Notes: a model not told the origin generated them from the sequence alone. DNA of 64,000 bases from Candidatus Pacearchaeota archaeon (GCA_041656875.1 JBBACR010000001.1:325386-389385), one strand, 5' to 3'. Shown: positions 17,256-26,815, counted from the stretch's first letter. Program-made: numbers and translations.

Positions 17256-17607
17256 AAGAATACCAACATTTGATGAACATGTAAATGAAGGCACATGGAA
17301 TAATGAAAAATATGGTTTCAGAATATCGAAATTTTTAGAACAGCATACAGGTAAAAACCTAACAGGCGAAATGAAAGTTCAAATTATTTTTAACGATTTT
17401 TTCAAAGCAAGTACTTATGAATATGCTAATAATTTATTATTGTGTTCAAGAATCGAAGGTTACATTAAATCGTATAAAATTCTTGAACATGATAGATTGA
17501 TAGGCAGTTACAGAAATATATTTATTGTAGATGTTGATGTAATTAAATGGTACGAATTTTTACGCAAACTAGATGATGGTCATTTAGATAACTTTAAAAT
17601 ATTATAA
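17248..17607 (+). CDS. RIPT-leader family protein, start revised to MYKRIPTFDEHVNE
   Basis: ORF track starts 17236; conserved leader begins at second Met. Confidence 0.5.
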   Translation: MYKRIPTFDEHVNEGTWNNEKYGFRISKFLEQHTGKNLTGEMKVQIIFNDFFKASTYEYANNLLLCSRIEGYIKSYKILEHDRLIGSYRNIFIVDVDVIKWYEFLRKLDDGHLDNFKIL

Positions 17608-17610
17608 GAA

Positions 17611-17883
17611 ATGAAAAAGAGAATACCAACATTTGATGAACATGTAAACGAAGGCATATTGCAAAGTTTTATTGATTTGTTCAAGAAAAAACCTGATGTA
17701 AGTACATGGACGCCACCAGAATTTAAAATTGAAGCAACATTAAAAAAGATTTTAACTGACGATGGCTGGACAAACTTAGGACGTGATGAAGAAGGCCGAC
17801 TAATCGGAAACAATACAAAGTACGGCGGTAATGGATTAGATGTTATCGAAACAATGCGTGATGAAAAAAAATTAAACTTCTAA
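17611..17883 (+). CDS. RIPT-leader family protein (90 aa)
   Basis: MKKRIPTFDEHVNE leader. Confidence 0.55.
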   Translation: MKKRIPTFDEHVNEGILQSFIDLFKKKPDVSTWTPPEFKIEATLKKILTDDGWTNLGRDEEGRLIGNNTKYGGNGLDVIETMRDEKKLNF

Positions 17884-17884
17884 T

Positions 17885-18658
17885 ATGAAAACCAGAATTC
17901 CATCTTTTGATGATTTCTTATTTGAATCTAATGATAGAATCATTACATTATATCATGGGACGGCTTCTGGGAAATTATCATCTATAAAGCTTAACGGACT
18001 TGATACTAATGCAGAAACAAATCAAAAAACGCATGGCTTTAATACAAGTAATCAAATTTCATTAAGCTTTAATTATTCTGATGCATATTATTATGGTTCA
18101 TTATTTGTTAAAACAAACGAACCAGTTACTGTTTTGATAATTAAACTTCCGTATTCGTATATAGCAGGAAAAGGGCTTTCGTTAAACGAAGTTCTTGTTA
18201 AACAAAATATATCATCAAAATACATAATAGGTGCATATAAAGACAAAGATATCGTAAAATTAGATAAATTGTCAACAAATGAAACATATGTAAATCCTGA
18301 TATGCTATCAACAAGTGATTTGCAACATTATAAGTCGCATTATAAAATTAACGAATCAATTGATGCCTTAGAAAAGATGGGGATCCAAGCAGATCCTGAC
18401 AAACCTTCAATATTCTTATATACGATATATCGTACGCCAAGTTCCGATGAAATTAAGGAATTTGAAAATTATCCGCAACTTACAGCTGATGAAATATTGA
18501 ACGGTTTTTGTTATACATGCATTGGCAGAGGAATTACGTCAAGTAGAAATATTGCATTAATAAAAGATAGCATAAATATGCTTATTGCTGCATACCCAGA
18601 TGATCCTCGATATACTGAAGCATTAAGAATAAGCGATGAATTAAAACCTAAATTTTAA
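17885..18658 (+). CDS. RIPT-leader protein with Tpt1/KptA- or PARP-like (H-Y-E class) ADP-ribosyltransferase-fold domain
   Basis: MKTRIPSFDDFLFE leader, then ITLYHGTASGKLSSIKLNGL (compare E. coli KptA FLYHGTASRFLDEIKKQGL, recalled from memory) and YSDAYYYGSLF (Y-x-Y segment); lacks the Tpt1 N-terminal R-H-R-R lobe. Confidence 0.4.
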   Translation: MKTRIPSFDDFLFESNDRIITLYHGTASGKLSSIKLNGLDTNAETNQKTHGFNTSNQISLSFNYSDAYYYGSLFVKTNEPVTVLIIKLPYSYIAGKGLSLNEVLVKQNISSKYIIGAYKDKDIVKLDKLSTNETYVNPDMLSTSDLQHYKSHYKINESIDALEKMGIQADPDKPSIFLYTIYRTPSSDEIKEFENYPQLTADEILNGFCYTCIGRGITSSRNIALIKDSINMLIAAYPDDPRYTEALRISDELKPKF

Positions 18659-18861
18659 AACATTACTTCATAAATTGTTTTACCTTTTTCTGTAATTTCC
18701 CATTCGTTTTTCTCATTGCATACAGCAAGTCCTAAATGAACCATTTTTTGCAATGCTAAAATTATATCTTCTTCAGAAATATTTTCAATAATCGGAAGCT
18801 CATGAAAGATTTTTTCTTTTATGAGCTTCGTGTATATTATGCTTACTTGTTTATCATTCAT
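18655..18861 (-). CDS. hypothetical small protein
   Basis: ORF track 68 aa; convergent overlap with 17885..18658. Confidence 0.35.
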   Translation of the reverse strand: MNDKQVSIIYTKLIKEKIFHELPIIENISEEDIILALQKMVHLGLAVCNEKNEWEITEKGKTIYEVMF

Positions 18862-19625
18862 ATTAATTGTCCTTTCTTATTAAATACCATGTATCTAAAT
18901 TTTATGCCCGATTTTAGTACAGCAGCCATTTTTAACGCATTTATATCTTCATTTTTTTGAAATGTCCATTCTGATTTAACTTCAATTATAGTATGCAAAG
19001 ACTTGATATAAATATCTGGCACATATAAATGCTTTTTTTCATTACACACATAAAAAATATTGCCAAGTTCTTTGCGTATAGCTTTTCCTCCTATTATTAT
19101 ATCTTCTTCATTATAAGATAACAGCAATAATAAAATTGCTTTATTTTCGTATCCTTGCGTTTTCACAACAGCGCCTGACGGCAATATGAATTTATGCCAT
19201 TTATATCGACCTCCGTAATTCAAAGCATCTGCCCTTTTTATTTTGTTCTCCTCTATACTATTGTATAATAATAATTTTTGTGATAAATTCTCTCGCCATT
19301 TTGCGTTATGTGATACAGCTTTCATAGATTCTGAAACGCGTGCACGAAGTTCATGAGTCCATCTATTTGGATCCTTAAGATGTATTTCCATTTTTTCTTT
19401 GTACATTGGATCTTCATATTTTTTTTTCATACTGCAATTTCGCGAACACGCAACTCTCCTATATGGCGTAAACATTTTACCGCATATCGGGCAAGCAATA
19501 TCTTGCAATTTATTTTTTTGTATTCTTGCTTTGCCAATGCAAGAACGGGAACAAAATTGTGCACTTTTTTTATTTGTTTTGAATTCTTTGTTACATACCG
19601 AACAATTTTTAATATATGTTGTCAT
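18858..19625 (-). CDS. putative homing endonuclease: N-terminal Zn ribbon plus C-terminal PD-(D/E)xK domain
   Basis: CSVCNKEF...CSRSC, CPICGK...CSRNC; C-term YVPDIYIKSLHTIIEVKSEWTF (PD...E-V-K); paralog of 38948..39850. Confidence 0.5.
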   Translation of the reverse strand: MTTYIKNCSVCNKEFKTNKKSAQFCSRSCIGKARIQKNKLQDIACPICGKMFTPYRRVACSRNCSMKKKYEDPMYKEKMEIHLKDPNRWTHELRARVSESMKAVSHNAKWRENLSQKLLLYNSIEENKIKRADALNYGGRYKWHKFILPSGAVVKTQGYENKAILLLLLSYNEEDIIIGGKAIRKELGNIFYVCNEKKHLYVPDIYIKSLHTIIEVKSEWTFQKNEDINALKMAAVLKSGIKFRYMVFNKKGQLI

Positions 19626-19673
19626 GATTTTTATTTATATATTAAAAGATACGCATTGTTATTTTGAAGTTAT

Positions 19674-21410
19674 TTAAAATCTTACATATACACATCTATC
19701 TAAAAAATCTTGAGGAAACATATGTCTATTCTGCGTAATTAGCCTGAAAAAATCGCTATCTAGAATATACGTTGTTGCGTAATCGTTTTCATTCCTAACT
19801 GAACGACCAACACCCTGTAAGACCGACAGTATTGTAATCCATGCGTACCAATCTTTATCTGTCTTCATTTTCGCATTTACGAATTTGTCCATGAGCGATG
19901 GGTAAGGAACTTTTGCAAATATTTGAAACCGGGACTTATCATTTCCTAAATCTAATCCTTCTAATAGACTGGGACCCATTAGAACTTTATTGTTTGCACT
20001 GCTAAAATCAAATAAAACATTTTTTTTATCTGAACTATTTATGTATGAAATAATTCTATCACTTTTTATGTTTTCATTCAAGTATACACTATTTGTGTAA
20101 CTTCCGGTGTGAATGATTCCATTCTCATTTTTGTGTTTTTCTAAAATTTCTGTTATTTTATTTGCAATTTTTGGCAAAGCAACTTCTTTATTTTTAAACG
20201 ACATGCTTACACCTTGATAAATTAATATTGGCGAACGGTCAAAATTGAATGTACTAGGTATTTTTCTATACTTTGCATTGTTTGCATTTATACTTTTTGC
20301 AAACAGCGTAGGTTCACCCATCGTTGCTGTCATCATGACAGCAAAGTTATTTTTGTCATGAAAATGTTTTTTCATGAGGTATTTTTCATTGATGCAATTA
20401 AACTGTATATTTGCACCGTTTTGGTTTTTAATCATTGCTCTAATATCAGTTGACGCAATAATTTGATTATAATCTTCAAATTTACAATGTAGATCTTTGC
20501 ATTCATCGCACAAGTTTAATCCTTTTCTCCATTCTGCTGGAACTGATTTGCCAGCATATTTTCTTCCTACGAATTTTTTTATTTCATCGGCGTGTTGAAC
20601 AAACGAATGAAGCATTTTCTCAAACATTCTGTTATGAATAAACAATTTTGCATTATCGTCTTCAGCAACAATTTTATTTATGATTTCTTTCAATTCATAT
20701 CCGCTATACGGAACTGCCATTGAATGTTCAGCAAGGAATCCTCGTAAACGTTCAAGCATAGGATATGTATTATCATTTACAATAGGACTAAAGTGTTTTT
20801 GTACAATGTTAACAACTTTATGCGCCTCATCGCATATAATAAAATCACGTTCATCAAATAACGCATGAGACGAATCCGTCATTTTTTCCAATACGTAATT
20901 CATTTGTATCAAATAATACGAATAGTTGAATATTGATGTTGGAGTAAAACTTGCGTAATCTCTTGCAAAATAATAAGGGCAGTCCTTATAACATGGTAGT
21001 TGTTTTGTTGCATTTGAATTTAAGTGCTTCATTTTACATTCACCAAGACTATGTTTTTCTTGGTTTTCTGTACAAAGATAATTATCAACACCTTTTACAC
21101 TTCCAAATCCTAAATGCAATTTCAATACGTCTTGTTCGTATTGGTCTTGTAATGCAAGATCTGATGATAGAATATATCCTTTTTTGCCGAATCTGTTTAA
21201 TACATATGAGGAGCATAATGCAATTAATGATTTACCGCTACCTGTTGGTGCGTCGATAAGATATATCTTTTTTTCTTCACCCATGCATGTTGCAACAACA
21301 TCAATAATTGCTTCTTTTTGACCTGTCCTGAACTCGAAATTTGTCCACCCATGATTTTTAACGAACATGTCAATATATTCGTTTATTTTATCTTCAAGTT
21401 CTTGATTCAT
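19674..21410 (-). CDS. DinG/XPD (Rad3)-family DEAH helicase with Fe-S Cys cluster
   Basis: Walker A IDAPTGSGKSL; motif II IICDEAHKV; four Cys CTEN..C..C..C between motifs I and II. Confidence 0.75.
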   Translation of the reverse strand: MNQELEDKINEYIDMFVKNHGWTNFEFRTGQKEAIIDVVATCMGEEKKIYLIDAPTGSGKSLIALCSSYVLNRFGKKGYILSSDLALQDQYEQDVLKLHLGFGSVKGVDNYLCTENQEKHSLGECKMKHLNSNATKQLPCYKDCPYYFARDYASFTPTSIFNYSYYLIQMNYVLEKMTDSSHALFDERDFIICDEAHKVVNIVQKHFSPIVNDNTYPMLERLRGFLAEHSMAVPYSGYELKEIINKIVAEDDNAKLFIHNRMFEKMLHSFVQHADEIKKFVGRKYAGKSVPAEWRKGLNLCDECKDLHCKFEDYNQIIASTDIRAMIKNQNGANIQFNCINEKYLMKKHFHDKNNFAVMMTATMGEPTLFAKSINANNAKYRKIPSTFNFDRSPILIYQGVSMSFKNKEVALPKIANKITEILEKHKNENGIIHTGSYTNSVYLNENIKSDRIISYINSSDKKNVLFDFSSANNKVLMGPSLLEGLDLGNDKSRFQIFAKVPYPSLMDKFVNAKMKTDKDWYAWITILSVLQGVGRSVRNENDYATTYILDSDFFRLITQNRHMFPQDFLDRCVYVRF

Positions 21411-21426
21411 TATTTATCTAATCTTT

Positions 21427-21455
21427 TTATGTAATATATAATTATATACATAAAG
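21427..21455. promoter_or_regulatory. near-palindromic class B element in divergent region (helicase <- -> 21471)
   Basis: tatgtaatatataattatatacataaag reads as class B motif on both strands. Confidence 0.4.
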
Positions 21456-21470
21456 TAAAAAAAGTTTATC

Positions 21471-21911
21471 ATGAATCAACGAATACCTACGTTTGACAAT
21501 TTCCTGTTTGAAGCAGGAATAAAATATGAACCTGGTTCGATTAGCGAACTATTAGCAGGACTGCGCGGTAACCAAGAGTTTTATGATTTTTGCAAAAAAC
21601 ATGGACATCCAAATCCACAAGCCTGGAATCCTATGGAATTTACGATGAGTTCTTGTACATTCGTTGCAAAATTTTTAGAGGAAAAAGGATTTGGTAAAGC
21701 ATTATCAAGTCACGGTCCATACGGCATGGCACCACATGCTTTTGTTTTGTATAACGGATTATATTATGATTATGAAGCAAGAGAAGGCGTTAAGAATGTT
21801 TATGACTTGCCAAACTTTCAAGATTTACGATACAATGTTAAAAAAGGTGATTCCTGGCCAAATTACAAAAAAGAAATAGTCAAAAACGTACAAAATTTTA
21901 ATTTTCAATAA
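21471..21911 (+). CDS. RIPT-leader family protein (146 aa)
   Basis: MNQRIPTFDNFLFE leader; near-palindromic class B element upstream. Confidence 0.55.
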   Translation: MNQRIPTFDNFLFEAGIKYEPGSISELLAGLRGNQEFYDFCKKHGHPNPQAWNPMEFTMSSCTFVAKFLEEKGFGKALSSHGPYGMAPHAFVLYNGLYYDYEAREGVKNVYDLPNFQDLRYNVKKGDSWPNYKKEIVKNVQNFNFQ

Positions 21912-22825
21912 TGAAGCTACGAATACCAAATTTTGATGATTTTATATTTGAATCTAATTATGAATGGATTCCAATGACCGTTGCATCTGCTAAAATTGTT
22001 GCTGATGGCATGATAAAATTGTTTGCGCCAAATAGTGATGAAATTGCAAAAAACAAAAAAATTGCCGAACTTGTATTAGCTGCGCTAGAAAAGCATATTG
22101 AACGTATGAAGTATTTCGATAAATTTCCCGACTTCAAGAAATTGATTGAGGATAACGTAAAACATATAATTGCAAATGATAAACGTCATGGCATCGAACC
22201 TGAAGACCCAAACATGGTTAAGGCATATGCAATGGAATATGCAATGGAAACAATTTACGAAAGAACAAAGGGCCAAGAATCACAAGAAGAAAAAGACAAG
22301 AAAACACAAGTTACATTTTTCAATAAAGTTTTTAATGAAGGCGCGGCATTACGCACAAAAGCAATTACAAATGCTGGTTTGAAATTTTACAAACAGAACT
22401 TGTTTGCATTTGAGGAAATAAACAGAAAATTACGAACAGATCATTCAAAAATGAGTGAGCATGATTGGTCAGTTGCAACTGATGTAGGAAATGCAATTGA
22501 CTTATTTAAAACATCAAAAGAAGTAACGGTTTTCCGTATTATTGATTCTGAAGATTTTCCATTTTCATTAAGCAAAGGAAAAAAGTTTACAGAAAAAGGA
22601 ATACTGTCAACATCATTTGACATTAATTATCTTTTAGAAAACAAAGAAAATTTTGAATCACCAGTTATATTGCAAATAGTAGTTCCGTCTGGCACTACAT
22701 ATTACAGATTTCCGAATGATTTTGAATCAGAAGTAGTTTTTGATTGTGATCATGAGATTATAATAACTGATAATTCATACGAATATTTAGACACACCAAT
22801 CATAAAATGCAAAATTATAAAGTAA
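21911..22825 (+). CDS. RIPT-leader protein with C-terminal R-S-E mono-ADP-ribosyltransferase domain (T4 Alt/Mod-like)
   Basis: MKLRIPNFDDFIFE leader; VTVFRII (Arg), GILSTSFD (STS), NDFESEVVF (ExE) with canonical spacing. Confidence 0.55.
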   Translation: MKLRIPNFDDFIFESNYEWIPMTVASAKIVADGMIKLFAPNSDEIAKNKKIAELVLAALEKHIERMKYFDKFPDFKKLIEDNVKHIIANDKRHGIEPEDPNMVKAYAMEYAMETIYERTKGQESQEEKDKKTQVTFFNKVFNEGAALRTKAITNAGLKFYKQNLFAFEEINRKLRTDHSKMSEHDWSVATDVGNAIDLFKTSKEVTVFRIIDSEDFPFSLSKGKKFTEKGILSTSFDINYLLENKENFESPVILQIVVPSGTTYYRFPNDFESEVVFDCDHEIIITDNSYEYLDTPIIKCKIIK

Positions 22826-22827
22826 CA

Positions 22828-23202
22828 ATGAATCAACGAATACCAAATTTTGATGATTTTGTTAATGAAGCAAAATCTGTTCCTAGAGAAAATACAGAAC
22901 GTGAAACTGTATTAGATTACATTATCAAAAACAAACAAGTCCGTTTAGAAAAGCTCAAGGAAATTAAAGCGCCTGAAATTATCATCACAGGAACTGAGAA
23001 CCAAATACATTTATTAAAATCAGGTCAATCAAAAATTAAAGGACTTGACATTTACGGTTCTAATATTTATAAAACGTTGGAATGGAGAAAAGGCAATGGT
23101 GGAGTTGATTTCATACAATTTGTAATGAATGATGATTCAGTTATAAATTATTTTCCAAATGCAAAATACGGAGCATTTTTCGCACCTAATACTAAAAAAT
23201 AA
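22828..23202 (+). CDS. RIPT-leader family protein, start revised to MNQRIPNFDDFVNE
   Basis: ORF track 22807 start; leader begins at third Met. Confidence 0.5.
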   Translation: MNQRIPNFDDFVNEAKSVPRENTERETVLDYIIKNKQVRLEKLKEIKAPEIIITGTENQIHLLKSGQSKIKGLDIYGSNIYKTLEWRKGNGGVDFIQFVMNDDSVINYFPNAKYGAFFAPNTKK

Positions 23203-23522
23203 TGGAAAGCTTATATATCATAACAGACGGAGAAAAATACAAAATAGGTTATAGCAAAGACGTGGCTAATCGTAAGAGACAACTACAGACAGCAAACGGA
23301 TCTTTACTGGATATTGTATTTGAATTTGAAACGGTTCATGGAATGAAATTAGAAAGATCCATTCAACGGTCAATGAAACATAAAAACATTATCGGCGAAT
23401 GGTTTGATTTAGAAAAAGAAGATATTGCAAAAATAAAAGAACTTTGTATTTTGCAAGAAAAAAACTTTAACATCATAAAGAAAAATGAAACAGAGAATTC
23501 CTACGTTAGAGGACTTTATTAA
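23202..23522 (+). CDS. T5orf172 (GIY-YIG-related) domain protein
   Basis: YKIGYSKDVANRKRQLQT ... IIGEWFDL matches T5orf172 KIG.T...RRL..L and GEWF signature. Confidence 0.65.
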   Translation: MESLYIITDGEKYKIGYSKDVANRKRQLQTANGSLLDIVFEFETVHGMKLERSIQRSMKHKNIIGEWFDLEKEDIAKIKELCILQEKNFNIIKKNETENSYVRGLY

Positions 23523-23940
23523 TGAATCGTCGAATGAAATTTTCACTAGTTCTGACATTATAGATTTGCAAAAAAATGGTGCAAGACCAGACGACACTTG
23601 GCAATCAATAAAATCATCGGCAAAATTTCAAAAAATAGATAATGTTAGTATTTCAAAAATTAATTGGTCAGAAAAAAATGTTGATATTTTAAAGAAACAA
23701 GAACGCAGATTAAACCGATTATTCGATGAAGATGATGGCACACAATACTATAAAGATGCCATTAAAAGAGAACAGTCAGAATTACAGCATATACAAAATC
23801 TTATTCAAATGGTAAAAAGCAATAAAAAATTAAATCCGATTGTTGTAGATTCAAATTATAGATTGCTTGATGGTTTTCATAGAATAGGTGCATATCAAAT
23901 TGCAGGTAAAAAAACTATTGACATATTTAAAGAAATTTGA
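23485..23940 (+). CDS. RIPT-leader protein with ParB-like nuclease domain
   Basis: MKQRIPTLEDFINE leader; C-term LLDGFHRIGAY (DGxHR ParB motif). Confidence 0.55.
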   Translation: MKQRIPTLEDFINESSNEIFTSSDIIDLQKNGARPDDTWQSIKSSAKFQKIDNVSISKINWSEKNVDILKKQERRLNRLFDEDDGTQYYKDAIKREQSELQHIQNLIQMVKSNKKLNPIVVDSNYRLLDGFHRIGAYQIAGKKTIDIFKEI

Positions 23941-23994
23941 TAATTTTTAAATTTATACTGCATGTGCCATTACAAAGAAAAATATACATACACA

Positions 23995-24741
23995 ATGAAA
24001 AACAGAATACCAGCATTTGATGACTTCATAGTTGAACGAGAATTTCCATTTACAGATACATCATTTGTTACACGGATTCTTACTAAATTAAAATCTCAAA
24101 TTTTAGAAAAAAATTTAGGAAACCTTGAAGTTGAAACAATTTTAAATAAAGCATTTAGAAGTTTTTTAGTTTCTTTTGAAAGTAACAGTGGACAATCTGC
24201 ATTTGATGATATGACTAGAGTCGGACTGATTCAATCACGAATTGACCAAGACGGCAACATAATTGTTGATTATGCAGATTATTTTTATGAAACATTTGAA
24301 GACGAAGAATTATATGATGAATTTGGAACAGTTCTTGCAAGAATTCTTGCGCATGAAAGAACGCATGCAGGCCAATTAGATAAAATACGAATGGGAAGAA
24401 ATTCTTATGACTTTTACAACATTTTAGGAAAAATAGGTAAAGACCCATCAAACCGTTTTAAATATTTGTCAAGCAAACAAGAAATGATGGCATTTGCGGT
24501 TGAATGCGTAGAAGAATTCAGAGGAATGGGATATTCCGATTCTGATATTTTACGTAAAATTAAAACACCGTTTAAAGACTATCAAGAATCCAATATTTTC
24601 TATTTATACATTGACTATTTCGATTATAGAGGTCATGTATTCGATAACGACGAAAAGGAAAGAAAAAAATGCAAAGACGTAATTGACGGATTCTTAAAAT
24701 ATATGTATCAATATATAACAAAACCGAAATCTTTAGAATAA
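23995..24741 (+). CDS. RIPT-leader protein with HExxH zinc-metallopeptidase motif
   Basis: Start revised to MKNRIPAFDDFIVE; LARILAHERTHAGQ = HExxH. Confidence 0.4.
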   Translation: MKNRIPAFDDFIVEREFPFTDTSFVTRILTKLKSQILEKNLGNLEVETILNKAFRSFLVSFESNSGQSAFDDMTRVGLIQSRIDQDGNIIVDYADYFYETFEDEELYDEFGTVLARILAHERTHAGQLDKIRMGRNSYDFYNILGKIGKDPSNRFKYLSSKQEMMAFAVECVEEFRGMGYSDSDILRKIKTPFKDYQESNIFYLYIDYFDYRGHVFDNDEKERKKCKDVIDGFLKYMYQYITKPKSLE

Positions 24742-25205
24742 TGCAATTTAAACAACTATTAAATATGAATGAAGCAAAACAAATTTGGAACAAAAAAGTG
24801 TTCCTAGGTGGCACATGTAATGAATCTAAATGGCGTGATGAATTAATCAAAAAACTTAAGATTGACTATTTCAATCCAGTTGTTCCAGATTGGACCGAAG
24901 AATGCTATCAAGAAGAATTAAGACAACGGGAATCATGCGATTTTTGTTTGTACGTTATTACACCAAAAATGACAGGCAGTTATTCAATTGCTGAAGTAGT
25001 TGACGATTCAAATAAACGTCCAGAAAAAACTGTTTTTTGTTTTGTTTCAACAGATGAAGATAAAGAATTCGATAAAGCACAAAACAAAAGTTTGGATAAA
25101 GTTGGCGTAATGGTTGCATCTAATGGCGGTACTTATTTGAAATCATTAGATGAAGTTGCAAACTTTTTAAACATGGAATATTACATAGAGAATAATGAAA
25201 AATAG
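24741..25205 (+). CDS. nucleoside 2-deoxyribosyltransferase-like Rossmann protein
   Basis: VFLGGTCNESKWRDELIKKL...YFNPV resembles NDT/YtoQ-like fold; weak. Confidence 0.3.
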   Translation: MQFKQLLNMNEAKQIWNKKVFLGGTCNESKWRDELIKKLKIDYFNPVVPDWTEECYQEELRQRESCDFCLYVITPKMTGSYSIAEVVDDSNKRPEKTVFCFVSTDEDKEFDKAQNKSLDKVGVMVASNGGTYLKSLDEVANFLNMEYYIENNEK

Positions 25206-26205
25206 AATACCTACATTTGAATCATTTGAATTTAATGATTGCACACAATTATTTGAATTATCGAATAATAGTACTTTATATCATCATTCAATGGCAAAAT
25301 TTAAAGTAGGTGATGTAATTACTTCACAGAAAAATGGTGATGGCGTTCATTGGCTTGCAAATGATCCAATGGAAATTGGATTAGAATTTTTCAGAAAAAA
25401 ACATTATCCTGATAGACCTTCACGTTTCGATTGCGTATATTCAAGCATAATCCCAAGAACGCGATTTTCAGACAAAGGATATTTATATGTAGTGCAACCA
25501 GTTGGAAGTCTTTTTATGACAGATTCAATGATTATTGATAGCTTAGGCGATGAATTTATGAGAGAACGAATGACCCCGTATTATGAAACATTAACTATTA
25601 ATGATTTCAAAAAAAATCCAGAGGAAGCTGAAAGAATTCTTTCTTATTATTCTGCAAAAAGATATTGGGATGGCGTTAAATCGCTGCCTAGGGAAAGATG
25701 GGGCGATATTGAAGTATTATCAAATTCCGCAATTGTGACACAGGTAATTGAAGATTCAGGAACAGTATTACGTCCAGGAATGGATGTTGTGGTTACGGAA
25801 GATAACATTATAGATGTGACAATGACTATTTATAATCAGCACCCGAAAGAAAATGATACTCAATTATTCGATAATGAACAAATTGCAACAATGTTAAGTT
25901 ATATTGAAAAACATATCATAAACGGCAAATTTGAACAGCAATCTTATAATAAAAATGTCTATGATATTCGCGGGTATTTAAGAAAAGATGCAAAACTTAA
26001 AACTACATTTATACGTACAAATTTAGCAAAAAATGTGCATACGTATGATACCGTAAAAGGAAAGTATAGTTTAATAACATTCGATTTATACATCGATGGC
26101 CATTTATTCAAACGTGCAAATGAAGCACCGCTTTTCAGACTTGAAACAGCAATGTATTTGAAAAATAAAGCTTATGATATTGGTATGTATCTAAAGAAAG
26201 TTTAG
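25195..26205 (+). CDS. RIPT-leader family protein (336 aa)
   Basis: MKNRIPTFESFEFN leader. Confidence 0.55.
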   Translation: MKNRIPTFESFEFNDCTQLFELSNNSTLYHHSMAKFKVGDVITSQKNGDGVHWLANDPMEIGLEFFRKKHYPDRPSRFDCVYSSIIPRTRFSDKGYLYVVQPVGSLFMTDSMIIDSLGDEFMRERMTPYYETLTINDFKKNPEEAERILSYYSAKRYWDGVKSLPRERWGDIEVLSNSAIVTQVIEDSGTVLRPGMDVVVTEDNIIDVTMTIYNQHPKENDTQLFDNEQIATMLSYIEKHIINGKFEQQSYNKNVYDIRGYLRKDAKLKTTFIRTNLAKNVHTYDTVKGKYSLITFDLYIDGHLFKRANEAPLFRLETAMYLKNKAYDIGMYLKKV

Positions 26206-26384
26206 TAATACCAGCAGCCAAGGCATTCTTCGATTCTGTTATCAAATTCGTATAAATCAGATAACGTTTGCTCGCCTTCTGGAAATGGCTCGTTTGTTTC
26301 AATTTTTTGCAATAAATCTTTAAGGTGTTTTACAAGATCTGTTCTAACTTTATTCGTTAGTTCTATTTCAACACTTTTTTCCAT
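26202..26384 (-). CDS. hypothetical small protein
   Basis: ORF track 60 aa. Confidence 0.3.
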   Translation of the reverse strand: MEKSVEIELTNKVRTDLVKHLKDLLQKIETNEPFPEGEQTLSDLYEFDNRIEECLGCWYY

Positions 26385-26815
26385 TACTTATTATCTATAA
26401 TATCTTTGATTGCTTTTTTGTTTTTGATAAAGAATACCTCAACTCCATCTTCATCGTCAATCGAATCCAATAAACCTTTACGTTTTAAATTGTAAAGAAA
26501 CACTGTTGACGCGCAGTTTTGTATTTCTAATAGCAATTCTTCTTCTGTAGGTTCTGTTAGATATAAACAAATAGTGCCGTCTTCGATAAAGTTTTTTAAT
26601 GTCTTTTCGCCATAAACACTAGTTATTGCTGCTTCATAAACTTCATCCGGCGCATCGGTAACCATCTCGTTTCTTGATGCAGCGTCATCAATCAATACTG
26701 CTTTTAATGTAGGAACAAACGATCTTAAGTAATCCTGAATTTCTTCAGGATACTTAGGAAGGTTATATGTATTATTGTTGAAAGTTATCATAATCCTCTT
26801 TACTTTTGAATTCAT
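26384..26815 (-). CDS. hypothetical protein
   Basis: ORF track 143 aa. Confidence 0.4.
   Translation of the reverse strand: MNSKVKRIMITFNNNTYNLPKYPEEIQDYLRSFVPTLKAVLIDDAASRNEMVTDAPDEVYEAAITSVYGEKTLKNFIEDGTICLYLTEPTEEELLLEIQNCASTVFLYNLKRKGLLDSIDDEDGVEVFFIKNKKAIKDIIDNK

Noticed and set aside
15590-26205. RIPT leader as a DNA-level repeat (recombination site or translational coupling element) rather than a peptide signal
   Set aside because: Copies differ by synonymous codon changes while the amino-acid sequence is conserved, so selection acts on the peptide.
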